Notes: generated by a model not told the origin, from the letters alone. Positions 27,137-41,468 are shown, numbered from the whole stretch's first letter. The stretch is DNA of 62,913 nt, filler included, from Octopus bimaculoides (GCF_001194135.2; 4 parts of 4 records of this genome joined end to end with filler, not necessarily neighbours in it), one strand, 5' to 3'. Made by a program: numbers and translations.

Positions 27137-27852
27137 AAGGACACACAAATGCACCTACCTGCTAGAAATAAGGGTTAAAACCCTCATTTAAGCCACCAAT
27201 GATAACACTGAAAATTACGACCGAAAATCAGCAGTAGTCGAGCGAACGGGCCAAAAAAAGAAAAAAATCTTTCACATACCTATATAGCCCAATGCCATAT
27301 ATTTCTTAGTATTTGGATACACGTGAACCGGTTTCTGGTTTGACATTCAGTCTTACCTTCCTCAGCACGTATTACCGGTTGAAAAATTTATTCAATCCAT
27401 CACATTGAAGTCTGCTGTCATTCAGAATTGTTTTGCGCCAAAATTAAAACAGCCTCAGTGTAAAAATACCCAAAAAGAGCAAATATTCAGGGCTAAATAT
27501 TTATATAGATATTATTATTGTTATTATTATCCATAGTAATATAAATAGTTGATAACAACAACAATAATATAGGGTTTTAACTCTTATTTCTAGCAAGCAG
27601 GCACATTTATGTGCCCTTATGATTCATATAAATTTTAATTCTGCAGCTATATAATGCTATTTTAGGCCAGCAACCACTTATTGTTGTTGTTATTGCCCTG
27701 GATAATAGTAACAATAATAATATTCATATAAATATTCACTCCTGAATATTTGCTCCTTATTGGTATTTTTACACTGAAGCTGTTCTGATTTTGGCGCGAA
27801 ACAATTCAGAACGCTAGCAGACTTCAATGTGACGGGTTGAATATATTTTAAA
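27137..27852. repeat. Two interleaved inverted-repeat pairs (A 27137-27184 / A' 27571-27618; B 27379-27567 / B' 27678-27852)
   Basis: Manual reverse-complement alignment; B arms about 85% identical with one short indel. Confidence 0.85.
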
Positions 27853-28803
27853 TAAATCTTAAATAATATTTCCCCACACCCTACCTTAATCCTTATTATC
27901 ATTTTCCTTCTCTTTCAGATAATTTCTTTTGTTGTTAAAATACCTCTCTCTATATACTAACCTCTATTCTATCAGATTATTATTCTTATAATACTCTACG
28001 CTTCAATTCATCTTATACTGTATGTATATATACTTATTACTTATCCATCCCCTCTTATAACTACATGACCCACCTCATATTGATCTAACATCTCTTCCAA
28101 ATCTCCATAAACCTCCCTTTCTCTGAATATACTTGTAGATTTTTCCTTAATATATATACCTTCTTTTTATATATTTTTTCTTTTGCATAATATGTACTTA
28201 GATACACCCCTCTCGTACCTATTCCAATTATTATTATTTAATCTTAATTGCCAATTGACAATCTATTTGATACTTAATTACTTCTTACAACTGATATATG
28301 CAAACACTTATAATACTTCTCGGTGTCCAATTTGCTCATATATATTTTTCCCTATATCTTTTCTTTCTTCTTGATAATCTATTCCATTCGTATAATATGT
28401 ACTATAAAACCTACCTCTCTCAACTATTCCAATTTTATTATTGTTTGAGGTTGCTTGCCAACCTACCTGATATTTAATTACATCTTACAGCTGATATATG
28501 TTTACACATATATAATAATTCTTGGTGCCCTACTCTTCTACAAAATGTATGGACTTATAGATATCGTGTTTATTATCTTTTTGTGATGTACATCTGATTG
28601 ATTTCATATTATTATATTATTATTATCAGTTTCATTTTTATTATTATTTCTTTATCATTATTATTATTATTAATATTGCTGTTTATTAACTAATATATTA
28701 ACATTGATTTATAGTTTATATTTTTTATATTTTATATTTTTAGTTATAAAATGATTTCACATATACATATGTCCAACATTCATAAACACATATATGTAGA
28801 TGT

Positions 28804-28902
<99 letters not shown>

Positions 28903-31900
28903 GCCATATAGACATACATATAAATAAATATATAATATATATATATGTAGGTATATATTATTACTTATAATAATGCCGTTTTCATATGTGTGGGTAATTG
29001 TAATTATAATTTATAATTATACCTATTTTAGTTTTTTGGCCCTGTTTCTGTTTGTCCCTATCTTTACGCCGGTATAAGTATTCTCATTATCCTTGTATGG
29101 TGTCTTATCTGCCACATCCACCCTAAAAAGATAATAATAAAACTTAAAATGTAGCTTGAACACGTAATCCCTTGTATGTATTTCTCGTGGATATGTTCTC
29201 TGTAAATGTACCAGTATATGATATAATTTTTTTTTAATTTATAAAACTTTTTATATACGAATATCATTTCGTATTTTTAATAACATTCTTACGATTTTGT
29301 CTCAATTTTATTTCCCCTACATTGTTAATTTCTCAGCCTTTTGAATACCTTTCATTTTCATTTTCCAGGAACGGTTCTTTTCAATATTTTTAACCATAGA
29401 AAGTATTTACTATCTTAATTCTGTAATATTAACAACTATTCTTCTAGTTTTATTTCTTTATCGTATATTTAATTCACACAAATGAATATGTTTTTGTACT
29501 AAATAAATTTTTCCATTATATAATGCTATTTAAGTATTCTCTAATAAACTCCGTTTTTTTGCATTCAAGTAGACTAGTAAAAACTATATAAACTAGTTTT
29601 ATTTTTTATTCTCGCACAAAAAAAATTCTTTTTTTAAAAAAAATAACTTCTTTTTAATATACACCATACCGAATATTACTTATATAATAATTATAACTGT
29701 CAAGTCATATACTAATTCAAATATAACTATGCTGTCCCATTGGACATCTCTATCTTACTTCTTATAATAAATGTTTTATTTGGAGTGTATATTACTTTAC
29801 TTATTTTTATATAGAGGGAATGTTTCTTGAACATGTTTCACTTATATTTTCAAATAACCGTTAGCTGCATCAGTTTTAGTTTTTCACAACTAGACTCAAC
29901 AACACTTTTTTTAGTAAGCTCTTAATCTTTCATAAGGATTAAGTATGCATATCCGAATATGTTATTTGCTATTTCCTTCATCAAGTTTTCTGTAATAATA
30001 ATAATAATAATTTTTTGATATATTCTCTTTTGCATTGAGGTGAACAGTGATATGTAATTAAATTTAATTTCAGTTAATTCATTTCCAATTATTCTACCAT
30101 GTTATTTACATGTTAATATTGCTGTTCGAAACGATCGAATGCATGAATTAAAATTCATTTTTAAATTTTAACATCTTCTCTTCTCCATCTTTAACAGTTT
30201 GTTGAATTTCTATGGGGAACCTTTCCATAAATTCTCATCACACACAATATACATGTAATAATTTCATATTCCCTAAAATCTTACGCCAGTAAGCTACCAA
30301 TGAAATATGAAGAATCTTTGTTAGAAATCTCCCCTTTGGAACCCTCCAAAGTGAAGGATGAAATAGAACTCAACTCTTTCACACACACACACATACACAC
30401 ACACACACACACACACGCACACACGCACACACACACACACACAAACACACACACATAAACACACACATAATGAATGAAGGAGACGGAAAATGAATTTAGC
30501 GAAAATCTTTATGCAACATAACGATCGTTTCCACCCATCCTGTATCTATCCCTTACCCAGTTGTGTTGCATCCAAACTCAACGAACGCTGGGGTATTCCT
30601 GACGTACATCCATAGACAATTATATAGTAACTGTGGATGACATAACCTAGCTTAAACAGTGAAAATCTTCACCAAAGTCCAAATAATTACATATATATAT
30701 GTGTGTGTGTGCGTGTGACGTGATATATATGTGTGTGTCTGCATCATATATACGTACGTATATAGGTAGGCATACGCACAAATGTATGCTTATGCTCACG
30801 AGTACATGCATGCAAGCAATGGATATACATTTATACATACGTACAGATATTAAATCGCTCATAGATATAGACATAACTTTGAAACCTACTGTTTTAACCT
30901 TCCTCCGGAGAATAAGCAAACTGATTATCCAACGAATGTTATATGTCTTAATGAACCGAAAAGTTGGTATTTACTTTAATAGTTTCTAGTCTTATTCAAT
31001 CTTCGTCAGAGAAATAATATCCATCTTATGCCCACAGAAAAATTAGTAGTTTATAGCTAATGATAGCGTAAGGTAAAATTCACCTAAACTGCTATTAGTG
31101 CCTTGTATGGAATTTACTCTTTGTTGGTCACGCAGTGTTATTTTTCTGGTTTATTTTGCACAGGCTGACACACAGAGTCGCTCACACACACATTCTCACT
31201 CACTCACTCACTCATTCACTCACTCACTTACTCGCTCACTCACTCACACACACACACACATACACACACACACGTATATGCATATATCTTTATGTGAATG
31301 CATATATATGTATATGCATGCATACATACATACGTATATGTGTGTGTGCGTGTATGTGTATTTGTGCGCGTGCGTGTGTGTGTGTACAGTGAAAAAAAGT
31401 GCGGAGAAAACGTGACAGCAAGAGAGAGTGACTGTGTGTGTGTGAGAGAAAGAAAGAGAAAGAGAGAGAAGGAGGGGAAGGACATATATACCATCTCATC
31501 GAGATGTTCACTTGTTAAACATCGAATAGAAGTTTCAATACCGATGTGTGATAACTTGGCTAGTTTGACTTATGGATTGTGAACGGAAATCGGAAGACTC
31601 TTGTTAGTAGGTCGGGAGATGTCATAGATGTTGCTCATTGGCTCATTTGACTTTAGGAGCGCTGACTGGTAGTAAACACCTCGTACATGTACAGCCATGA
31701 TACGTTTTCATAGGAATATGCATCTGATTAAGGGAGTAATTTCCCGGTGAATACTTTTCATTGTAGTTTAGTTTCCATCACTCGTTATGCCATTTCTGTG
31801 AATACTCCAACGTCGTTGGAAAAATATGAAAGATGCAATTCTCACTAACTTACACCTAATGAAATGAATGGAGCTCATTACTTGTTAATAAATTGCACGA

Positions 31901-32199
31901 CAAAATATTAATCAATTAGATCTCTTTATTACACTGGTGCATGGCGTATATTAATATTAACCATATCCTATTATAATATTAACATTATAGAGTAGGGAAG
32001 TAAGAAATGTGGTCAGTATATGTAAAATGGGTGTTTTAAAGAACGTCATGCGGTAATGCCTGCGCGTATAGAACAAGCCAACTTCTACTGGTTCCGGTCA
32101 TCGCACAAGTCAGATGTCCAATTAGTCTGCTTTATAACATAATCCCAATAGTTTGTCTCACATCAAACAACACTGCGACTTTGAGACAGCTTTTACGTG

Positions 32200-32375
32200 C
32201 TTTCAGCGTCTACGTGATTCAAGCTTCTACGAATAACGACTACATTATTTCTCTGAAAACCACCTTCTTAAACAAAGAAATCCATTTTAGATATTGAAAA
32301 AACGGGATGGTCACAGCTGGAGGATCTTTGATCATAGGTCTTGTCGATCAGCATTGAACAATAAAAACAACAACC
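32200..32375 (+). mobile_element. Interspersed repeat family D fragment
   Basis: AAACGGGATGGTCACAGCTGGAGGATCTTTGATCATAGGTC...AAACAACAAC; similar to 58400-58590. Confidence 0.55.
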
Positions 32376-33142
32376 GCTAGCCGGTTATTATGCTGCTGAA
32401 TCGCTCCAATTCAGTACACGGTAAATATATTTATTAAGTCTTCGTACTTGTACTGTCACCTACCTGACGTCAAACCGATTCCTTTCTTTTTTTCTTTTCA
32501 TTCATTTTTGTCGTAACATTAACTATTCTAGTAAGGTACTGACTCCCAGAGATTTATGACTTTAGTCACAACAGGTGAAGCTCTGATTTCAATGTAATGT
32601 AGCCGTGTTACAACATTAGAAGGCTATAAAATTAATTCACGAAGCCATGTTGTTAATGTAAACTTGAAAGCATGTACTTTTGTGCTGGCCTGAAATCTAA
32701 TCAACTATTTATTCTGTAGCTTTCTATTCAGCCATTTTATCTAACCCACGTCGATTGCACATGAAAATAACATTAATATCTTACGCGCTGTCGAGATTAT
32801 TAAGTAAAGCCACGGCACCATGATTAATTTCATGTACTTGAAGTGAGTACACTTCTGTAAAAAGACGGATGGAAGACAGGTTAATAGTATTTGAACGTTG
32901 TGGTTTTCTGGTTGGATTCAATATATTTTCAAATATTCCGTGGTGAAGGCCATATAGTAAGCTCTATCAGTTCATTTATATGATAAATGCATTTCGGATA
33001 AGCATGGCGGCAACTAAATTGCATAAATTCCTCATTAAAACGTGTGGCTCTTTGCGTAACTCTGTGCGAAAACTCTATGAATATACATAAACACGTGTAT
33101 ATGTACATGTATTTATATATTACGTATATATAAATGTGTGTA

Positions 33143-33227
<85 letters not shown>

Positions 33228-33682
33228 ATATGTGTATATATGCATATATATATATGTGTGTGTGTGTCTCTGTATGAGTGCGCGCACGCGTGTGTGTGTA
33301 TTTATATATACAAGAAGAGTGAGCAAGTCCCTTTAATTCATTGATTTACAATTGTTTCCTGAACGTTATTAGGAAATAATATTTATGCATGATTCCCAAG
33401 AATCTGTCATTCATTTTCTGTCTATGACACCTTATGTATCACCGGTTGCTTATATTGTTGCATGACATTAGCGTAACTAGCTGACCCTGTGCTGTTAAAA
33501 ATGACAGCTAAGTCTGGTATTTTTAAAAATATAAATAAGGTATAAAATAAGGTACATAATAATCAGATACAAACATTCATACACTTCCCTTGTACACGCA
33601 CACACATATATAATTAAACAGAGTTGAAATGCTGTTTGATTTTTCTTTTCAGCATTGAACATTCACCATCCCATTTCCATTG

Positions 33683-33714
<32 letters not shown>

Positions 33715-33945
33715 TTCGCATACTTCCCTTTTACATACACGCATATACTCACACAGAGTTGAAGTGGTGATTTTTTTTCGCCCCTTCCTTCCGTATTCAT
33801 CTATCACCCCTTCCTTTCTCGCATTGCTATTACTTTCTCTCACTTTCTCTCAGTCAGGGCCATTACTGTCACTACTTCTCCTCTCCTCTCGCCTGACTTA
33901 TATTACTCTTTCTCCTACTCTGACCTACTCCTATTCTGTGATTTC

Positions 33946-33977
<32 letters not shown>

Positions 33978-34021
33978 NNNNNNNNNNNNNNNNNNNNNNN
34001 NNNNNNNNNNNNNNNNNNNNN

Positions 34022-34033
34022 TTAATTAATTAA
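34022..34033. other. Assembly linker TTAATTAATTAA in a 100-bp gap
   Basis: 44 N on each side. Confidence 0.92.
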
Positions 34034-34077
34034 NNNNNNNNNNNNNNNNNNNNNNNNNNNNNNNNNNNNNNNNNNNN

Positions 34078-34249
34078 TCTCCTTGTTTTTTTCTGTGTCC
34101 CTTTCAGTTGAAGAGCGTAGGCTCGAAACGTTAAAGACTTTCTCTATTCCCGAGCGTTATACTAATACTTCCATTTGTTGTTTACACCACCTGTCTTCGT
34201 CTGTTGTTTACACCACCTGTCTTCGTCTGTTGTTTTTTTCGTAAATTCT

Positions 34250-34250
<1 letters not shown>
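34078..34250 (+). mobile_element. Possible Penelope-like element terminus containing a 26-bp tandem duplication
   Basis: TGAAGAGCGTAGGCTCGAAACGTT resembles recalled PLE terminal motifs; TGTTGTTTACACCACCTGTCTTCGTC occurs twice in tandem. Confidence 0.35.
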
Positions 34251-34308
<58 letters not shown>

Positions 34309-34845
34309 CTGTGAGCAGATTTAGGTAAGCTGAAATATGTTAGTCACATATTTCAACTGTTAAAAGGCAAATACACTGCAGTTACTGTGGAGAAAAAAGT
34401 CTCTCTTATGGTAAAAAAAAAACATCCAATCCGCTCAGCATCGCTCTCTAATTCTGCTCATACCTAATTCTTACCTAATTCTGCTCATACATAAGCACTG
34501 CTCAGCGCTAACAATTCGTTATTTTTCTTCGACCGGGCGTTCTACTAACGCAAATCAGTCAACGCGTTGACTGAATTATATACATAATGCTGTATCTTTG
34601 TAAGTCCGTTTAGAGTTGTCTCTCTTAGGTAGATCAACAAGCTTGAAACATCGATGTCTGAGATTCCTAATAGATGGCAAACCTGAACGGACTGGGTGTT
34701 TTTACCCCTTCTTACTATAAGAGAGATTCTTTTTTTCCGTGTAACTGCGGCGTATTTAACTTTTAGCAGTTGAAATGTGACAAACATACCTGAACTTACC
34801 TAATTCTGTTCATACATAAACAACGCTTAATGCTAATAATTTGTT

Positions 34846-34947
<102 letters not shown>

Positions 34948-36878
34948 TATTGTTGGCATCTGAAGAATTTAGAAACTTCGAGAGAGAACTAGTTTCCGTG
35001 TAACTCGAAGCAAATAAATCTATAAATAATAGCGTCTAATTAGCGGGTTAAAAATACCCCTAGGATCGAAAAATTCCAAGGTAAGGGAGCCGAACAATAT
35101 ATGTTTTAGTGAATGTGCTATAACTGTTTCATAAGACTTCCTATTTCTGTAGAGTTGTTTTTTTTTGTTTTGTTTTTTTTTGTTTTGTTTTTTTGCTGGG
35201 TTTTACGTTATGGTTTGTTTCTTTCGGGATGAGATAGATGGTTGCTGCAAATAACTACTTATTGAATTACATACCACTAGTGAGAGTGGCATTAAATACT
35301 TTTATGGTTGCATGTTAATATTCTGTCAGTAGTTGAAGACCATAGCTCATTACTTGTGCAGTTTTATCGCACCAGAAGATTGGTGCATTGAAAATTGCTG
35401 CTTTTAAAATGGAACTAAAATGTTTGGAAGTTAGTTTTATTGGCGAAACAATAAAGGGATATGCTTATGTGCTGCAATGATTTTCGGGATGTGCTTATCA
35501 GCAATGTTTTATTATGATTGTCTCTTCTTTTTTATAAATATACATTTTATTTTTATTTGCGAAATAAAGCGTGTGTTTTATCTTTGGGGAATTTAACACA
35601 TCGAAATCAAGAAATCATAGATTATTAACTTTAAAACAACTCAGGTAGGATCACCGTAGGGTAATACACAAAATGAACAACTGTGCCTTCTATATGCAGT
35701 ACTTTAAAAGAGGAACACTCAGGCTGTCAGGCAATGTAAACAAATAATATGAAGCGCTGATAAATTCCACAGCCAGCTTATATATTTCACCAAACGATTG
35801 TTCTACCCTCCCTGGAAGCAGAGAAAAATTTCAATAAATCAAGAATCTGTTTTATCTGATATTTAATATACGCTTGTTCACGTTTATTCTTTCAATACAG
35901 AACACTGAGCACACTTAGTTATTTCTCTAAGCTCGTTTATCAAGGTATATGAAGGCATAAAATGTCTGTGTGTCCCTCTGCTGGAGATAAGATAACCATT
36001 AAGCTGTATAGGTAGAAACACATCCACATATCCTCTTGTCTTTTTTGTCTTGACAATCGCTCTACTTTTTTTCTTCGTGACATGTCAGTTTTTGAAATAT
36101 TACGTTGCCTCAGATTATCTCCCTTTCTTATTGGTGTTGGTCGCAAATACCACCAAGCGATTATTCCACCATTTCGAGAAACGGAAATAATTTCAATAAC
36201 TTAAGAATCTGTCTTTCACGGTATTTAATATACCCCTGTTGTATTTAATACTATAATTAAACATACCATTATTGCTACTCAAATATATGCTACTGTCCAG
36301 AATGAGTTATTTCTCTTAGCTTAAAGTCATTTCATTCATATAATGCGTGCATGTATGTTTATGATCATGCCTGGGAATGTAGGAATGTGTGTATCTGTGA
36401 GCGCGCATGAGCTGTGTGTGTATGTGTGTGTGCGTGTTTATTAATTATTCATAGCTGACTCTCTGCTGTGCTAATTAAAGTGTGGCTCTCAACCATAAAC
36501 CATTATGTAAATGAGTTGTACTGCATGCAATCTTGCTTACATTTTAATAAGTAGATTTCTGCCACTACCATGGACGGAGAAGGTAAGCAAATCCTTTTTA
36601 GTTGTAATTACAACTAAATTAATTGGTTTGATCCTCATCTCAAGCTGCTAAAGCCTCGTGCTCTAACGACGAAGCCTAATATCATGAGGACACTTGGTGC
36701 AGATCCATTTTAATATAATTTAACAAATTGAATTTGTTTATAATTTTAAATTGCACAAGACATTTATAATGTCCCTTTAAATGGTTTATAAAATGCATGC
36801 AAATGATCCTGTATACATATATGTATACAGGATGCATCCCTTTGGTCATGACTATTCATGTACGCAGACTTTAGGATT

Positions 36879-36932
<54 letters not shown>

Positions 36933-37039
36933 CACATTCAAGCTGATACACTATGGCTCTATTGTTCTGACAGATTTTGCTTTCAAAAAGCAAAATGGTG
37001 GAGCAGCTACTTTCCGATTGCCTCGCATTCCACCGTCTT

Positions 37040-37186
37040 TGATCGGTAATTCTTTTGCAGAACCCGAATGGATGAAAGGGAAGGTCGACTTGGGCTAGAT
37101 TTGAACTCAGAATGCAGGGAGGCAAATTAAATACAACAATGCGTTCCATCCAAGGATAAAACCACTCTGCTAATTCACCACTCTTC
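37040..37186 (-). mobile_element. SINE family B fragment
   Basis: ACCCGAATGGATGAAAGGGAAGGTCGAC...GATTTGAACTCAGAATG. Confidence 0.7.
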
Positions 37187-37283
37187 GAAAACATAATCGT
37201 AGCAAAATATGCTTGTCGCTATTTGTATATATATATACCTTCGCGTTCGAGTCTCATGGCTGGCCGGTAACGTATTTTTAAGT

Positions 37284-37635
37284 GGAGGTGCAATGGCCCA
37301 GTGGTTTCGATTCCCAGACCGGGCGTTGTGAGTGTTTATTGACCGAAAACACCTAAAGCTCTACGAGGCTCCGGCAGGGGATGGTGTTGAACCCTGCTGT
37401 ACTCTTCCACCACAACTTTCTCTCACTCTTACTTCCTGTTTCTGTTGTGCCTGTAATTCAAAAGGTCAGCCTTGTCACACTGTGTCACGCTGAATATCCT
37501 CGAGAACTACGTTAAAGGTACACGTGTCTGTGGAGTGCTCAGTCACTTGCACGTTAATTTCACGAGCAGGCTGTTCCGTTGATCGGATAAACTGGAACCC
37601 TCGACGTCGTAAGCGACGGAGTGCCAACAACAACA
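37284..37635 (+). mobile_element. SINE family C variant with (CAA)n tail
   Basis: Head GGAGGTGCAATGGCCCAGTGG fused to TTCGATTCCC (internal deletion). 3' half matches 15780-15960 and the reverse complement of 49959-50063; ends GAGTGCCAACAACAACA. Confidence 0.8.
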
Positions 37636-39681
37636 GGTGTCTGTAGCATATCGTTATATAGAATAGCGTTTTTATATCCGCTTTTATCATTGCGTCCAGA
37701 ACACGTCCGATGTGTTCTGAGACAACAGCTTGCGGTGGATATGACAAAACAAAAAGATGAAATGTAAAGCAACGCAGAGAACACTGAAGAAAAGTATGCA
37801 GGTTAAACAGAGATGCGCTGAATCATTTTCTTATTACAGAGAATATAGAGAATACTGCATGAAATGTGTAATGTGAAGTGTGTAGTTTCCCTAATAAACC
37901 AACTGCAATTATCGTTGTGAAAAGCACTTTCAAATTGATAGTATTTAGACGGACGTTTAATCAGATCAAAGCTTAATATCATATCGTTATTACCGCTAGC
38001 AGATTCGTCCCCCCCCCCTGTCGTTCCATTTACCTTCGCTCTCACTGACTGATGACTTGCTCGATAATTATTTTACTTTACTCCACGCTCGCCCCCCACC
38101 CACTTCACGCGGACGCGCATACGTACATGTAATACTGCATTCAACGGGAATGAAACGGAATAAGTTGAGATGGTATTAGTTGAGTTGTAGGAGAAGACGA
38201 AGAGGAAATACAAAACGAGAATAGGGAAAAGACGGGAGAAGGTAACTGGGAGCGGGGGTGAGATAAAAGAAGAGGAAGTGGGGAAGAAAAAGAAGGAGGA
38301 AGAGGAGGAAGAGATACACTAGAATAAAAGAAAGAAAGAACGAAAGATAAATAGAAAAAGAAAGAAAGGAAGAAGAAAGGAAGGAAAGGAAATAAAGAAA
38401 GAATAGAACAAATGGGTGTCGAGAACAAAAAGAGAAAATTAAAATCTAATGGAAAAACTCTAAACACTGTGATAATTATGATGATGATGATGATGACGGT
38501 GATGGTGGTGGTGGTGGTGGTGGTGGTGGTGGTGGTGGTAGTGATGGCGATTATGATTATGATAACAAAAAGGAAAAAAAAAATTGAATTTTTTTTNNNN
38601 NNNNNNNNNNNNNNNNNNNNNNNNNNNNNNNNNNNNNNNNNNNNNNNNNNNNNNNNNNNNNNNNNNNNNNNNNNNNNNNNNNNNNNNNNNNNNNNNNNNN
38701 NNNNNNNNNNNNNNNNNNNNNNNNNNNNNNNNNNNNNNNNNNNNNNNNNNNNNNNNNNNNNNNNNNNNNNNNNNNNNNNNNNNNNNNNNNNNNNNNNNNN
38801 NNNNNNNNNNNNNNNNNNNNNNNNNNNNNNNNNNNNNNNNNNNNNNNNNNNNNNNNNNNNNNNNNNNNNNNNNAATTCTACTCTTTAATAGTTCATTTGC
38901 ATCAGTGTTGAAACGCCTCTCCGTGCCCTCCACCCATCCATCCATTCACTCTATTCCTCCTATCCATCTCCATATTACCCCCACCAACACCAACACCACC
39001 ACCACCACCACCACCACTCCCACCTCCTTCCTTTCCATATTAAAATGAAATGGAATTATCTGTTGCAAGAGTAAAGACAATGTAGTAATTCAAGAGTCTA
39101 TTGGAGTTGCTGCTGAGTAGGAAATTAGCGCTCGGTGCAAATAACAGTGTAGAACGCCGTCTATACTTAACAGTTAGTTAGCTTAGTCGAGAAATAAGCA
39201 ACCTTGCTATGCACGGCCATTTTGATCAGTCATTGGAATGCGATTATTCATATGCATTTTGATTTTGTGCTGATTTCTATTGGTCTATTTATCTTATTTT
39301 TGTATGGAATATATTTTTTCTTTCTTTTCCTGTTTTTTTTTTTTGTTTTTTGTCTTTTTTTGGAAGGGACAGTTCTTTTATCTGATATTAGATGAAAAGG
39401 TGAATAAATCCCTCAATGAATTGAAACCGGATCCTTTCATCCACACTATTATAACTTCCGTGTTATATAAAAAAATTATAAACCAAATACATCATTACAG
39501 AACGCTTTACTCAATAATTGGGATGATCTCTTTAGAGTCACCTTTATTTTTTTTTTATATTGTTTCTTAATGATCTGAAAATAACAATCAGGGCACCATT
39601 TTGATATGTTATGGGCAGCTGTGCATTGTCTAGTAACCCAACGGACAGTTGGCTAAAGTCTACTATGAAACCTTCACATTT

Positions 39682-39886
39682 TTCTCTTTTACTTGTTTCA
39701 GTCATTTGACTGTGGGCATGCTGGAGCACCGCCTTTTAGTCGAGTAAATCGACCCCAGGACTTATTCTTTGTAAGCCTAGTACTTATTCTATCGGTCTCT
39801 TTTGCCGAACCGCTAGCTTACGGGGACGTAAGCACACCAGCATCGGTTGTCAAGCGATGTTGGGGAGACAAGCACAGACACACACG

Positions 39887-39934
<48 letters not shown>

Positions 39935-40064
39935 NNNNNNNNNNNNNNNNNNNNNNNNNNNNNNNNNNNNNNNNNNNNNNNNNNNNNNNNNNNNNNNNNN
40001 NNNNNNNNNNNNNNNNNNNNNNNNNNNNNNNNNNNNNNNNNNNNNNNNNNNNNNNNNNNNNNNN

Positions 40065-40095
<31 letters not shown>

Positions 40096-40266
40096 CATAT
40101 ATACGACAGGCTTCTTTCATTTTCCGTCTACCAAATCCACTCACAAGGCTTTGGTCGGCCCGAGGCTATAGTGGAAGACACTTGCCCAAGGTGCCACGCA
40201 GTGGGACTGAACCCAGAATCATGTGGTTCGTAAGCAGGCTACTTACCACACAGCCACTCCTACGCC
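39682..40266 (-). mobile_element. SINE family A, full length (internal microsatellite partly gapped)
   Basis: Minus strand AGGCGTAGGAGTGGCTGTGTGGTAAG...GGGTTCAGTCCCACTGCGTGGCACCTTGGGCAAG; colinear with 8913-9322. Confidence 0.92.
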
Positions 40267-40966
40267 TATAGATAACGAAAGATATCTTATATCTTCTTAT
40301 TTTGACTCTGTAAGTGAGACGTTAAGTTTCTTTGCTTGTGTCAAAAATTTAACTACCAGTGTAAGATGAGAGCTGTTAGCAATGAGGCCAACAGGTTGAA
40401 ATACTAAAATCTCAACCAGCAGAAACTCATCATCATTTTCTCTTATCAGATATGGAATGTATAATAAGGATTAAGCGCTTCTCAATACAGGTTAAATAAG
40501 TTAAAGTTATGATCCACATTTTTAACTGTATTGTATGCTATTGAGATATAGATTTGGTGCAACCAATAGCGAGCCGATAGAGATAATGAGTAGTATCACC
40601 AGAGCTTTCATCTTTCAAGAGTCGATTAAATGAATATCAATAGGACACAAGGGTCTGATACAATCGAATGTGTTATCACTCATTCTTACTGATATGCATG
40701 CATCTAGGAATAAAGAATCGTTAAAATGTTTGATAATCAACATGATAGAGAGATGTTCTTGCAGAATGATTTTCCTGGGAAAGATTAGGAACTATGCAAT
40801 CCAAGGTACTGTGGATTGGCTCTGGTCAGGATAACTTATAGCTCATTGAAATTCAGTCGAGCAATAATTTGCGATTCGTAAATTCAGAGATCCAAATACA
40901 CTGTACCGCCACACTGTTTAATTCAAACGCAATACTTATTTCAATATGCAATGCACAAACACATAT

Positions 40967-41005
<39 letters not shown>

Positions 41006-41100
41006 CTGCATACATACATACACACACACTCGCATACATATACACATGCATATATATATATATATACATATATATGGGTGTGTCTGTGTATATACATACA

Positions 41101-41132
<32 letters not shown>

Positions 41133-41341
41133 CATCTAACGCTCATGAAATATTTGCTAAAAATTATAATTGAATATCTTGAATGTTGATAATTTGTATT
41201 CATATATATGTATGTTTTTGTTTATATATATATTACATGTATATTTATATATATTTATATATGTATATATTGTGTATATATTTATATATATATGTATATA
41301 TCTTTAATTGGGTATTTAGGCTACTTCATCGTTCGACATTT

Positions 41342-41373
<32 letters not shown>

Positions 41374-41423
41374 NNNNNNNNNNNNNNNNNNNNNNNNNNN
41401 NNNNNNNNNNNNNNNTATATATA

Positions 41424-41468
<45 letters not shown>

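Noticed and set aside
29300-30260. Very AT-rich tract with a CPMG word resembling the Penelope RT G.PMG motif
   Set aside because: Multiple stops in every frame and no YxDD; not supportable.
35767-35779. CACAGCCAGCTT resembles part of miR-2
   Set aside because: Incomplete seed context and no precursor stem.
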